Assembly: GCA_963674965.2 (NCBI GenBank)
Contig: CAXXFL010000005.1
Span: forward strand, 544,001-608,000
DNA length: 64,000 nucleotides
Origin: a bacterium
GTDB taxonomy: Bacteria; RBG-13-61-14; DATKZS01
Reading direction: 5' to 3'
Shown: positions 46,854 to 57,517 of the stretch, in pieces
How positions within the stretch are numbered: position 1 is the stretch's first letter
Layout: the number at the start of each line of letters is the position of its first letter
Program-made: the position numbers and the translations under genes
Notes under the pieces: model-generated
Databases searched by the model: none
What the model saw: only the letters and a program-made list of their open reading frames with translations
Told to the model about the DNA's origin: nothing

Positions 46854-49800
46854 ATGAAATCTTTCAAGCTTTTTGTCGCCTCCATCCTTTTTTCGTCCCT
46901 TCTTCTTCCCGCCATCGCGCTGGGACAGGACAGCGACGGCGACGGTATGCCCGACGTCCACGAAAACCAGTACTGGTGCCTCATGGCCAACACGGTGGAC
47001 TCCGGCGTGGACTACGACTCGGACGGCATGACCAGCCTCGAGGAATATCAGTACGATTATTTTCTCGATCCCTGCGACGAGGACACGGACGACGATATCG
47101 TCGGGGACGGGATCGAGGTCAGCCTCGGGTCCGATCCACTCAGCGGCCGCGTCGCGCCGGGCGCCGTTGAAGTGGGAGACGACCAGCCCATCACCACCTC
47201 CACCAGTCACCAGACCACGCCGGACGTGGTCCATAACTCCTCCGAGTACGCCTTGGCCTGGCAGGACTATAGGACATACAACTACGAGATTTTCTTTCAA
47301 AGAGTGGCGCCCAACGGCGACTTCATCGGAAGCGAGCTCAGGATTACCAACGCCGCCAACGCCTCCTATAACCCCGACCTTATATGGACCGGCTCCGAGT
47401 ATGGACTCGCCTTCGACGACCAGAGGGATGGAAACAGGGAAATTTATTTCGTTCGGCTGGCCGTTGACGGATCGACGGTCGGCCTGGACTCGAGGATCAC
47501 CTTTAATTCCGGCTCGAGCTATATCCCGACACTTGCCTGGACCGGCTCCGAGTTCGGGCTCGCCTGGTACGACAACGATCCAGGCATGAATCAAATCTTC
47601 TTCAGAAGGATCGCCGCCGACGGGACCACCGTGGGCGGCCAAATTCAGGTGACCGACGCCGCCTACGGCGCCCAGCGCCCGGATATCGTCGCTTCCCCCG
47701 CCGGGTTCGGGATCGCCTGGAGCCAGTGGTCATCGTTTTTGAGCTTTAACATAGGCTTCCAACTCATTGGACTGGACGGCTCCACCGCGTCAGCCCCAAG
47801 GCTCATTACCTACACCTCGGGTCAAGTCAATTATCCCGACCTTTCCTGGAACGGCTCCGAGTTCGGACTCGTCTGGAACGACGACGCGAGCGGACCTCAG
47901 GAAGTCTACTTCACCAGGTTGGACTCGGACGGGGACACCCTTATGCCCAACCTCAGGCTCACCAACAACTCGTCCAATTCCTACTATCCGGCCGTGGAAT
48001 GGAACGGATCTAAATTCGGCGTCGCCTGGCACGACTATAGGGACGGGAACTCGGAAATCTATTACGCCACCGTCTCCGAGGAGGGAGAAAGAATGAGCGC
48101 CGACGTCCGCCTGACCCACGACCCGGACGTCAGCCAGGTCCCCGCCATCTGTTGGGGCGGGCCCAGGTTCGGGATAGCGTGGCAGGAAAACAGGGCCGGC
48201 AACTACGATATCTACTTTACCAGGATTCTCCTGGATGATGACGGGGACTTGATCGCGAACACCAGGGAGAACAACTTTAACTGCGACTCCGACGACTGGG
48301 ACACCGACGACGACCTCATGCCCGACGGCTTCGAGGCTTATGCCGGACAAGCCTGCGGCCTCCTGCCCACCATCCCCGACGCATCGGCCGACAACGACGG
48401 CGACTCCGTCACCAACCTGGCCGAGTACGAGTACGAAACTGACCCTTGCGACACGGACACCGACGACGAGGGACTTAACGATTACCTCGAAATTTACGTC
48501 GCCGGCACCGACCCGAATAATATCGACACCGACGGCGACGACGTGGACGACGCATGGGAGCACTTCAATACCTGCCTCGATCCACTCGTCTCGGACGAGG
48601 ACCAGGACCCCGACCTCGATACCATCATAAACTTGACGGAGTACATCCTGCAGTCCAACCCCTGCGACGACGACTCCGACGGCGACGGCATGCCCGACGG
48701 ATGGGAATACGACCGCGGACTCGATCCCACCAACCCCGCCGATGGGATCGAGGACCCCGACCAGGACGGAATGAACAACTGGCTCGAGTACTACTTCGGG
48801 ACCGAGCCCGACCTCGAGGACGCCGACGGCGACGGAATCTCCGATTACGACGAGACCTTCGTCTACCTCACCTGCCCCTTCCAGGCCGACTCCGACGGCG
48901 ACGGACTGCCCGACGGATGGGAGATCGACTACGATACCGACCCCCTCCTCGACGACGCCAACTCCGACGGTGACGACGACGGCTTCACCAACCTCGAGGA
49001 GTACTTCTTCGGCACCAACCCCAACATACCCGGCAACGACGACGACCGGGACATGCTGAGCAACGACGTGGAAACCAACTCGAGGGTATGGAACGGAATA
49101 CAGGACCCCGGCTCCAGCCCCACCTCCCCCGACACCGACAAGGGAGGAGAACTCGACGGCATCGAGGCCCTCCTCGGCCGAGACCCAAACGACCCCGCCA
49201 ACGACGTGACCTGGTCCGATACCATTAACGTCTCGAGTTCCGCCTCCGCGAACTCGATGAGGCCAAAAATATTGGGGGACGTGAATACCGCCTTTGTGCT
49301 TTACAAACAAAACTCGGGAAGCTACGCCAGATTGGCCATCCAGTCGACATCCACCGGTACCAGTTGGTCCGACACCACCTTCATTAACACGGCCTCCCAG
49401 TCCGTGTCCGACTATGATATTGAAAATACCAGTGACGACACCATTTGGGTCTTCTTCGCCGAGGGAAACACCGTTAAATACAGAACCAAACCCAAGAAGG
49501 GAGTTTGGAGTTCCATATCGAATCTGACCGCGACCAATGAAGTACAAGAATTGACCTCCGTCATGTCCTCCACCGATCTGCCCGCCGTCGCCTGGGTGGA
49601 TAATGACCTGGGGACGCGTACGATTTACTACAAGAAGAAAAAGTTGATCATGTGGTCCTCGACTGAAACTCTTTATTCCTCCACTGGATTTATTAACGAC
49701 CTCAGAATGGTCCTTGGCGAGGACGGCGAGGTTTATATCGTGTGGGAGGAGTCGACGGGAATATACTTCATGTACTACGACGGATCCAGTTGGTCCAGCG

Positions 49801-52800
49801 AGGAGCTTATAGCGCTCTCCGACTATGGAGACGTGGACCTTTTTTACCATCAAGACAGTAGAAGGCTCTATATGGCCTATTCCCGCTACACCCTCCCCGA
49901 GGGCCAGGACAACGTGCTTTTAATGTACTACGAAAACGGAATATGGTCCCAACCGGAAAAAATAACGCCCGCCGTTTACTCCAGCCAGAACCCCTATTTC
50001 TTCGAGGACGCCATGGGAATATTGCACGTAAGTTTCGTGGGAGAGACCTATGGAGGACTTAGCGGATACCTCTATACTTTTATGGAGGACGGAAAATGGC
50101 TGGCGCCCCAAATCATCAATCCTGTATACGACTGGCCCAATATTAATCCATCCGTTTATGCGTGCAATAATGGAAAACTCGTGCACGTTATGGACGCCAG
50201 GCTGGGCTCTTACTATGAAATTTATGCGTCAGTCCTCGATTATCCCGACGAAGACGCCGATTCTCTCGACGACAGGCAGGAGGTCCTGGCCGGGACCGAC
50301 TTCATGGACCCCGATACGGACGACGACGGGCTGAGCGACTATAACGAGGTCATAACAAGAGAAACGGACCCTCTCGATCCCGACACGGACGGAGACAGGA
50401 TCGACGACTACGCCGAGGTCAGTACTTACTCCAGCGACCCCAACGACGCCGACTCGGACGGGGGCCTCGAGTTGGACGGGGTCGAGGCCGAGTTCGGAAG
50501 GGACCCCTCCACCGCCGCCGACGACCTCGGATGGTCCAACACAATATCCGAGTACTTCGGTTACGCTCCTAAAATAGTTGTCGACTCGGACGATCACTTC
50601 CATGCCGCCTCATTCGGAACGTATCCTTACAGATTAATGTACAACTACTATAACGGCTCGGCATGGGATGGAGCGACAACCGTTTACGAAAGTTCTTACG
50701 GAACCTACGGGCACCAGATAGCGGTCGCTCCCGACGGGGAAATCTATATCGTTTTCCAGGAGGACAACGTACCATCCATCGGCTGGAGCTTCGACATTAA
50801 AGTCATGCATAAAAACATCAGCGAAGGCTCATGGCCCGCGCCCGTCGCCATTACCGACGGAGATACCATCTCCGAAATGAGCCCCACCGTCGCCATCGAC
50901 GGGAACGCGCGTCCGCATCTCGCCTACGTCAGCCATGAAGGTTCGATCGACAGGATTTACCACGTCCAATATGACGGCGACTCCTGGCTGACGCCCCAGC
51001 CCATCGTCGAGCAGGGAAGCGTCTGGACCGTGCAGATGAACTCCGATCCAGATGGAAACATCCACATGATTTACACGGACCCCGACGTCTACTACATGGT
51101 TTGGGACGGGGCGACCTGGTCGGAACCTGAATTAGTCGTTGGCAGCCAGTACGACAAGTACGCCAATATGACCGTCGACTTGAGAGGAACGCCCCACGTA
51201 TTGGTTCGGGAATGGAGGTCTCCTTACGACGCGCCCATAATGTCCTTGAGCCGGCTTAATGGCAAATGGACCAACGCCCAGACTATTACTCCCGACGATA
51301 ATAAGGAAATTATGGCGCACGCTATAGCCTCGGCCGGGCACGGAGTCCTGCACGCCGCGTGGAAAAACGAGGACGGATTCCATTACTCCGTCTACACCAA
51401 CGGAAAATGGTCCAAGCCCTTCTTACTGCGCGTGGATAACCCTAGCTTTATTAACTGGGGAATGAACATTGTCTCCACTTCCACGGGCAATCTCATGTTC
51501 GCCGACAACAACTGGTACCAGACATGGACCGCCTTGGACTCCGACCTCGACGGAATCAACAACTTTACCGAGTTCCTCCAAAACACCGATTGGATTGATC
51601 CCGACTCCGACGACGACGGACTTGACGACACGGAGGAGGCCTTTCTGAATTGCGACCCCAACTCCGACGATTCCGACGGCGACGGCGTAAGCGACTATGA
51701 CGAAATCACCGAGGGGACCGACCCCAACGTCATGGACACCGACATGGACATGGTCCCCGACGGATGGGAGATTCTCTATGGGACCAATCCCCTCGTGGAC
51801 GATAGCGACGACGATCCCGACGGCGACGGCTTCACCAACCTCCAGGAGTTCATCTATCACCTCGATCCCATGACTCCCGAACCCGCGCCTCAATCGTCAT
51901 GCCAGGCCCCGGATTACGAAAATGGGGACTCTATACTGGTCGAATTCGAGTGCTCGAGCCATCTCGCCGCGGTAAACCTCTACGTCAGCTTCAACGGGCT
52001 TCCCTACCTCAACATGGGAGGCTTCGGTTACTCCAAGAGCTGCGCCGATGACGACCTCAGCTTCTACTTCGATCCCTTCTGGGACGACGGTACCTATCGA
52101 TTCTATACCAGGGCAACCTTGACCTCGGTCCTTACCGAGGACGCGCCCGCGACCCCGCCCGACGCCACCACTATATTCGATACACAGGGACCGGCCATGC
52201 TCTACGTCACTGACGACGGCGATTACACGGAAGAGGACCAGGCCATTAACGCCGAGGCCGCCGCCTCGGACGTCGGTCCCGCCGGCGTGGCGGGCTATTT
52301 CTACGCCGTTGGCGACGCCGCGTATCCCGATCCTGATTTCCAGTCCCTCTCCTCATGGAAGTGGGACGCCGACGGTGACATTTCACGCGCCTTTGGAAGC
52401 ACCGTGATGGCAGAGGGGACCGCTTATTACGTGACGGTGAAGGCTATCGATAACGCGGGCAATGAAAGCGCGCCCCTCTCCTCCAACGGTATCGTGGTCG
52501 ATATCTCAATTCCCGCCGTTCCGGCCGTGACCGACGACGGGACTTATACGGGTTACACCGACCGCTTCCACGCGACGTGGACGTGCGGGGGCGACAGCGT
52601 TTCGGGCGTTGTCCAGTATGACTACGCCATCGGTTCGTCGGCGGGGGCGACGGACGTGGTGGGGTGGACGGATAACGCGACGCTGACGGAGGTGACCAGG
52701 TTCGGGCTCGAGCTCGAGGACGGGTCGAGTTACTTCATCGGGGTGAGGGCCGTTAACGGGGCGGGGCTGACCAGCGTGGGGTGGTCCGATGGGATACTCG

Positions 52801-55800
52801 TCGACTCGAGGGGGCCGGAGATCGCCTGGTCGTCGCCGGCGCATCGGGAGATCGTGAACGACGACATGCCGCCCGTGGACTTGCCGGTCAGTATAAACTT
52901 CATCGACCCGGGCGGGGCTGGGATCGACTGGTCGAGCCTCGAGATGGTGCTCGACTTCAGCACCGTGCAGAGCTTCAGCCAGGACGGGGACACGGTGAGC
53001 TTCGACGCGCTGGCCCTCGACCTGGGCAACCACGTGGTGAACGTGCAGGTCGCGGACCTGGCGGGGAACGGTCTTAACCGGAACGTCATCTTCGTGGTCG
53101 AGGACCCGCGGCGGGTGATAATCAATCCGGTATACGTGGAATGGGCCCCGGGCGACGGGGACGTGACCTTCGTGGCCGACGGCGGCACCGGCGCGTACCG
53201 GTGGGCGGCGACTGGCGGGGCGCTCGATTCCTTCACCGGGACCGAGGTTGTCTTCACGCCGGGCCCCGAGGCGGGGGCCTACGTGGTGGCGGTTTCTGAC
53301 GCCAAGCTGGTGAGCGCGCAGGCGACGATAATTATTTCTGGCGAGGTCGAGGTGGCCCCGGCGGTGGTCCGCCTGAGCGCGGGCTCGGCGGCGACCTTCA
53401 CCGCCTCGGGCGGTAGCGGCGACTTCAGTTGGACGGTCAACGGCGGCTCTTGCGTATTGTCGGGCGACCGTGATGAAACGTGTTCGTATACGGCCTTCGA
53501 GTCGAGCGGGCAGTACTCGGTGAAGGCGCAGGCGGGCTCGGGCGAGAGCTTCACCAGCCGCGTGATCGTCACCGATCCGGTGGGCCGGGCCATCGTGGTG
53601 GTGGGCGGCGGCCTGGTGGACTCGAACCGTCAGGTCGAGGCTCTGAACTCCCTTGGCCACCTCGCCTACGAGACCCTTTTGGCTCGCGGCTTCGAGCCGG
53701 ACCAGATCATGTACCTCAATCCCGACGCGACCCAGGCCTACGACGGCGACGGCGACGGCTACGCCGACGACGTGGACGGCGCTCCCACCCCGGCCGCTCT
53801 GCAGGCGGCCATCCTGGATTGGGCCACCGCCGACCTGGGGGTGGACAACCCGGGCGTGGGTCCGGGCGTGCCTTTAATAATTTATATGGTCGATCACGGG
53901 GGCGACGACTCGTTCCTCATCAACTTCACGGCCGCGGGCGCTGGCCAGGAGGTGACCCCCACCCAGCTCGACTCGTGGATCGACGCGGTGCAGGGGGGCG
54001 ACACCTCGAACCCGAACGGGGTAGACGTGGTGGTGATTTACGACGCCTGCCGGTCGGGCAGCTTCCTGGACGAGGTGGGCGGCGGCGGTTCCGACCGTAT
54101 CGTGATCACCAGCTCGGCGTCCTCGGAGAGCGCATACTTTGGCGTATCGGGCACGATCAGCTTCAGCCAGTTTTTCTGGCAGCGGGTCCGGACGGGCGCC
54201 ACTCTCAAGTCGGCCTTCAACGACGCGGCGGCGGCGCTGGCCACCTGGGCCACGCAGACGCCGTGGCTGGACGACAACGGGAGCGGGACTTACGCGGCCA
54301 CCGGCGACGGCAAGGACGGCGACGCGGCGGACCTTTTCGTGGTGGGCGCGGACTTCGTTACCGGCGCGGTGCTTCCCGAGCTGACACCTCGCGGCGACGC
54401 GCTGCTCGAGGGCGACAGCCTGGATATTTACTCGGGCATACTTTACGCCAGCTCGAGCGAGATATCGGCCATGTTCGCCATTTTGACGCCGCCTGGCTTC
54501 TCACCTCCCCAGTCGGAGGGCAACTTCGACACGCCCTGGCTGGAGGACGAGGAGGGCAATCCCCTGCCTCGCGTTTACCTCGAGTACTCGAGCGCGACGG
54601 GCGACTGGCGGCGTCGGCTGGACTCGGCCGAGCTGGCCGAGCTGTTCACGGTCAACGGACGTTATACTGCCACGTTATACGCGATCGATCTCGCGGGCCG
54701 GGTGACGGCGGCGGCGGAGTTCTCGATCACGGTGTTCGGCCCGGACCCTTACGAGGACGACGACTGGTGGAGCTCCGGCTCGAGCGTCGAGGTTAACTCG
54801 AGCTCGGCGCAGGCCCACAACTTCCACGACTCGGGCGACCGGGACTGGGTGAAGTTCTCCGTGGCCTTTGGGGACACGGGATATTACTCGGTGTATACGG
54901 AGAACCTGGCGGACCGCTGCGACACGGTGATCGAGCTTTACGGCTACTCGGTGGCCGGATCGACGGTGGTCCCCATCGCGTTCGACGACGACTCGGGCCA
55001 GGACGGCGGCGGCTCGAGCCGTATTTTCATGTACCTGTCCGAGGGTCTTTATTACGCTGAAGTATATCAGTACGGCGACACCATCGGGGGTCAGGACACG
55101 GAGTACGACCTCCGGGTGGACCACGACGAGGGCGACTACGGCTCGATCGAGGGCTACGTGACGGACTCGGTGACGGGCTTCGGGGTGCAGGGCGCGAACG
55201 TGATCGTGATCCTTGGCGGTCCTCCCCGCGTGGCCACCACCGGGGCGGGCGGCTATTACAAGCTCTCGAGCCTCCTGGCGGGCTCTGGATATCCCATGCA
55301 GGTGCAGGCGGCGAACTTCACCACCTGGTCGGGGACGGTGAACGTTGGCGTGAACCAGACCACCAGGAAGGACGTGGTGCTGGCGGCGAAGACCGGCACC
55401 TCGGGCGTGCTGATGGGCCACGTTTACGGTCACGGCGGCGCGCCGCTGGTGGGGGTCGGGCTCGAGGTCTCGGGCAAGTCCGTGGTGAGCGAGGCGGGCG
55501 GCCTTTACTCGATCCGTCTTGCTCCCGGAGCGGCCTACGTTTATTCGAGCTGGCCGGGCTACGAGCCGTACCTCGAGGAGGGGCTAATGGTTGTGGCCGG
55601 CGATACCACGGTGCATGAGGTGTCGCTCGAGCCGGTGGACACCGACGGCGACGGCCTTCCGGACTGGATCGAGACCTCGGGCTGCACTGACGAGTCCGAG
55701 GCGGACTCGGACGGCGACGGCTTATGCGACGGCGATACCGCGGTGTATGACGGCGCGACTCTCGTCTGCTCGGCGGGCGAGGACCTCGATCTTGACGGCG

Positions 55801-57404
55801 AGGTCGGGGCCTCGGAGACCGACCCTTGCGACGACGACTCGGACGGCGACCTCCTCGGCGACGGCGACGAGGCGCTGACTTACGGCACGGACCCGCTCGA
55901 GGTTGACACGGACTCGGACGGCCTCGGCGACCGCCTCGAGGCGGTGGTCGTAAGCTGCCTCGATCCGACTGACGACGACACGGACGACGACGGCCTTCTG
56001 GACGGAACGTCGAGCGGCGAGGACAAGGACGGCGACGGGGTTGTTGACGCGACGGAGACGAGCCCTTGCCTTTTCGATACGGATACGGATACGCTGGGCG
56101 ACGGCGCCGAGGTGACGGTATACGGCACGGACCCGCTCGAGGTTGACACGGACTCGGACGGCCTGAGCGACGGGCTCGAGGTACCCTGGTGCACGTCGCC
56201 CACGGACGAGGACAGCGACGGTGACGGGCTTCTGGACGGCACGCCGAGCGGGGAGGACAAGGACGGCGACGGCGTGGTGGACGCGACCGAGACCAACCCC
56301 TGCGCCTTTGACAGCGACTCGGACGGCATCGGCGACGGGCTCGAGCTTGGGACTTACGGCACCAACCCGCTTAGGCAGGATACTGATTCGGATGGGATCG
56401 GCGACTACGTCGAGGCGGTCTCGAGCGCGTGCCTCGAGGCGACGGAGGCGGACACCGACGGCGACGGCCTTCTTGACGGGACCATATTCGGCGAGGACAA
56501 GGACGGCGACGGCGTGGTGGACCCGGGCGAGACCAACCCCTGCCTCGAGGACAGCGACGAGGACGGGCTCGGTGACGACGAGGAGCCGGGGCTGGGCCTG
56601 GACCCCCTCGAGTGGGACACGGACGGCGACGCTCTTCCCGACGGCTACGAGGTGGCGAACTCGAGCGGCCATGCCTTGAACCTCGATCCGCTCGACCCGG
56701 GCGACGGCTGCGCGTCTGACTTTGACGGCGACGGCAACGCCAACTGCCACGAGTATTACAACGGCACGGACATTTGGTCGGAGAACGTGACGGGCGGCTC
56801 GGCCTGCTTCAGCTGGGCGGACTCGGGGAGCACGGTCAGCGCCGACGGTTTGGTTTCGCCTCTGGACCTCGGCGCCTTGAACGCCCGCGCGTCGCTGAAG
56901 GACGCGTCCTACACGGGCGTGCTCCCACCCAACGGCGACTCGCAGGAGCTCGATATGGACGAGATCATCTCGGCGCTCGACCTGGCGGTCCTGCGTCAGA
57001 TGGTGGCCAACCTCTCCACCTCCGGCAACCCCAGCCGTCCGGTCGCCCTCGAGGTTTACGGCGACACGGCGGTCACGGCCGAGGTGGGAAGCACGGTGCG
57101 GATCGAGCTGGGCGCCCTCAACCAGGGCGGCAAGCACACCTCGAGCCTGGGGATCATCTTCACCATCGACCCCTCCTCGACCGCCTCGGCCACCCTCCTC
57201 GGCGGCGACGGCTCGGCCTCCGGCGGCCGCTACGACGTGACCGGCCCCATCGCCACCGGCGGCCGCTCCGCCATCGTCCTCCTCCCCACCGCCCCCGGCG
57301 CCCTCCTCCTCAACGCCCACCTCCCCCCATGCGGCGTTGACGGAAAAGGCCGCTACTGCGAAGAGCTGATCAAACAGCCCCTGGTAACGGTGACGGTGGA
57401 GTAG
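46854..57404 (+). CDS. Giant secreted multidomain protein: DxDxDG Ca-binding (TSP3-like) repeats, beta-propellers, FN3/Ig, C13/caspase-like peptidase, PPC, carboxypeptidase-regulatory-like and dockerin-like domains
   Basis: Signal peptide MKSFKLFV...ALG; dozens of DxDxDG..D..E repeats; YMVDHGG...IYDACRSGSF dyad; paired DG.VS.LDL / D.DEIISALDLAVL motifs. Confidence 0.88.
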   Translation: MKSFKLFVASILFSSLLLPAIALGQDSDGDGMPDVHENQYWCLMANTVDSGVDYDSDGMTSLEEYQYDYFLDPCDEDTDDDIVGDGIEVSLGSDPLSGRVAPGAVEVGDDQPITTSTSHQTTPDVVHNSSEYALAWQDYRTYNYEIFFQRVAPNGDFIGSELRITNAANASYNPDLIWTGSEYGLAFDDQRDGNREIYFVRLAVDGSTVGLDSRITFNSGSSYIPTLAWTGSEFGLAWYDNDPGMNQIFFRRIAADGTTVGGQIQVTDAAYGAQRPDIVASPAGFGIAWSQWSSFLSFNIGFQLIGLDGSTASAPRLITYTSGQVNYPDLSWNGSEFGLVWNDDASGPQEVYFTRLDSDGDTLMPNLRLTNNSSNSYYPAVEWNGSKFGVAWHDYRDGNSEIYYATVSEEGERMSADVRLTHDPDVSQVPAICWGGPRFGIAWQENRAGNYDIYFTRILLDDDGDLIANTRENNFNCDSDDWDTDDDLMPDGFEAYAGQACGLLPTIPDASADNDGDSVTNLAEYEYETDPCDTDTDDEGLNDYLEIYVAGTDPNNIDTDGDDVDDAWEHFNTCLDPLVSDEDQDPDLDTIINLTEYILQSNPCDDDSDGDGMPDGWEYDRGLDPTNPADGIEDPDQDGMNNWLEYYFGTEPDLEDADGDGISDYDETFVYLTCPFQADSDGDGLPDGWEIDYDTDPLLDDANSDGDDDGFTNLEEYFFGTNPNIPGNDDDRDMLSNDVETNSRVWNGIQDPGSSPTSPDTDKGGELDGIEALLGRDPNDPANDVTWSDTINVSSSASANSMRPKILGDVNTAFVLYKQNSGSYARLAIQSTSTGTSWSDTTFINTASQSVSDYDIENTSDDTIWVFFAEGNTVKYRTKPKKGVWSSISNLTATNEVQELTSVMSSTDLPAVAWVDNDLGTRTIYYKKKKLIMWSSTETLYSSTGFINDLRMVLGEDGEVYIVWEESTGIYFMYYDGSSWSSEELIALSDYGDVDLFYHQDSRRLYMAYSRYTLPEGQDNVLLMYYENGIWSQPEKITPAVYSSQNPYFFEDAMGILHVSFVGETYGGLSGYLYTFMEDGKWLAPQIINPVYDWPNINPSVYACNNGKLVHVMDARLGSYYEIYASVLDYPDEDADSLDDRQEVLAGTDFMDPDTDDDGLSDYNEVITRETDPLDPDTDGDRIDDYAEVSTYSSDPNDADSDGGLELDGVEAEFGRDPSTAADDLGWSNTISEYFGYAPKIVVDSDDHFHAASFGTYPYRLMYNYYNGSAWDGATTVYESSYGTYGHQIAVAPDGEIYIVFQEDNVPSIGWSFDIKVMHKNISEGSWPAPVAITDGDTISEMSPTVAIDGNARPHLAYVSHEGSIDRIYHVQYDGDSWLTPQPIVEQGSVWTVQMNSDPDGNIHMIYTDPDVYYMVWDGATWSEPELVVGSQYDKYANMTVDLRGTPHVLVREWRSPYDAPIMSLSRLNGKWTNAQTITPDDNKEIMAHAIASAGHGVLHAAWKNEDGFHYSVYTNGKWSKPFLLRVDNPSFINWGMNIVSTSTGNLMFADNNWYQTWTALDSDLDGINNFTEFLQNTDWIDPDSDDDGLDDTEEAFLNCDPNSDDSDGDGVSDYDEITEGTDPNVMDTDMDMVPDGWEILYGTNPLVDDSDDDPDGDGFTNLQEFIYHLDPMTPEPAPQSSCQAPDYENGDSILVEFECSSHLAAVNLYVSFNGLPYLNMGGFGYSKSCADDDLSFYFDPFWDDGTYRFYTRATLTSVLTEDAPATPPDATTIFDTQGPAMLYVTDDGDYTEEDQAINAEAAASDVGPAGVAGYFYAVGDAAYPDPDFQSLSSWKWDADGDISRAFGSTVMAEGTAYYVTVKAIDNAGNESAPLSSNGIVVDISIPAVPAVTDDGTYTGYTDRFHATWTCGGDSVSGVVQYDYAIGSSAGATDVVGWTDNATLTEVTRFGLELEDGSSYFIGVRAVNGAGLTSVGWSDGILVDSRGPEIAWSSPAHREIVNDDMPPVDLPVSINFIDPGGAGIDWSSLEMVLDFSTVQSFSQDGDTVSFDALALDLGNHVVNVQVADLAGNGLNRNVIFVVEDPRRVIINPVYVEWAPGDGDVTFVADGGTGAYRWAATGGALDSFTGTEVVFTPGPEAGAYVVAVSDAKLVSAQATIIISGEVEVAPAVVRLSAGSAATFTASGGSGDFSWTVNGGSCVLSGDRDETCSYTAFESSGQYSVKAQAGSGESFTSRVIVTDPVGRAIVVVGGGLVDSNRQVEALNSLGHLAYETLLARGFEPDQIMYLNPDATQAYDGDGDGYADDVDGAPTPAALQAAILDWATADLGVDNPGVGPGVPLIIYMVDHGGDDSFLINFTAAGAGQEVTPTQLDSWIDAVQGGDTSNPNGVDVVVIYDACRSGSFLDEVGGGGSDRIVITSSASSESAYFGVSGTISFSQFFWQRVRTGATLKSAFNDAAAALATWATQTPWLDDNGSGTYAATGDGKDGDAADLFVVGADFVTGAVLPELTPRGDALLEGDSLDIYSGILYASSSEISAMFAILTPPGFSPPQSEGNFDTPWLEDEEGNPLPRVYLEYSSATGDWRRRLDSAELAELFTVNGRYTATLYAIDLAGRVTAAAEFSITVFGPDPYEDDDWWSSGSSVEVNSSSAQAHNFHDSGDRDWVKFSVAFGDTGYYSVYTENLADRCDTVIELYGYSVAGSTVVPIAFDDDSGQDGGGSSRIFMYLSEGLYYAEVYQYGDTIGGQDTEYDLRVDHDEGDYGSIEGYVTDSVTGFGVQGANVIVILGGPPRVATTGAGGYYKLSSLLAGSGYPMQVQAANFTTWSGTVNVGVNQTTRKDVVLAAKTGTSGVLMGHVYGHGGAPLVGVGLEVSGKSVVSEAGGLYSIRLAPGAAYVYSSWPGYEPYLEEGLMVVAGDTTVHEVSLEPVDTDGDGLPDWIETSGCTDESEADSDGDGLCDGDTAVYDGATLVCSAGEDLDLDGEVGASETDPCDDDSDGDLLGDGDEALTYGTDPLEVDTDSDGLGDRLEAVVVSCLDPTDDDTDDDGLLDGTSSGEDKDGDGVVDATETSPCLFDTDTDTLGDGAEVTVYGTDPLEVDTDSDGLSDGLEVPWCTSPTDEDSDGDGLLDGTPSGEDKDGDGVVDATETNPCAFDSDSDGIGDGLELGTYGTNPLRQDTDSDGIGDYVEAVSSACLEATEADTDGDGLLDGTIFGEDKDGDGVVDPGETNPCLEDSDEDGLGDDEEPGLGLDPLEWDTDGDALPDGYEVANSSGHALNLDPLDPGDGCASDFDGDGNANCHEYYNGTDIWSENVTGGSACFSWADSGSTVSADGLVSPLDLGALNARASLKDASYTGVLPPNGDSQELDMDEIISALDLAVLRQMVANLSTSGNPSRPVALEVYGDTAVTAEVGSTVRIELGALNQGGKHTSSLGIIFTIDPSSTASATLLGGDGSASGGRYDVTGPIATGGRSAIVLLPTAPGALLLNAHLPPCGVDGKGRYCEELIKQPLVTVTVE

Positions 57405-57517
57405 AGGAGTTGATTCCCGGATAAGGTTGCTCGGGGCGGCGAAATTTGCCATAATGCAACGAAAGAGAGGGGTAAGTTTACCCTTTACGGATAACGAGCG
57501 TTATTAAGGGGCGATCA

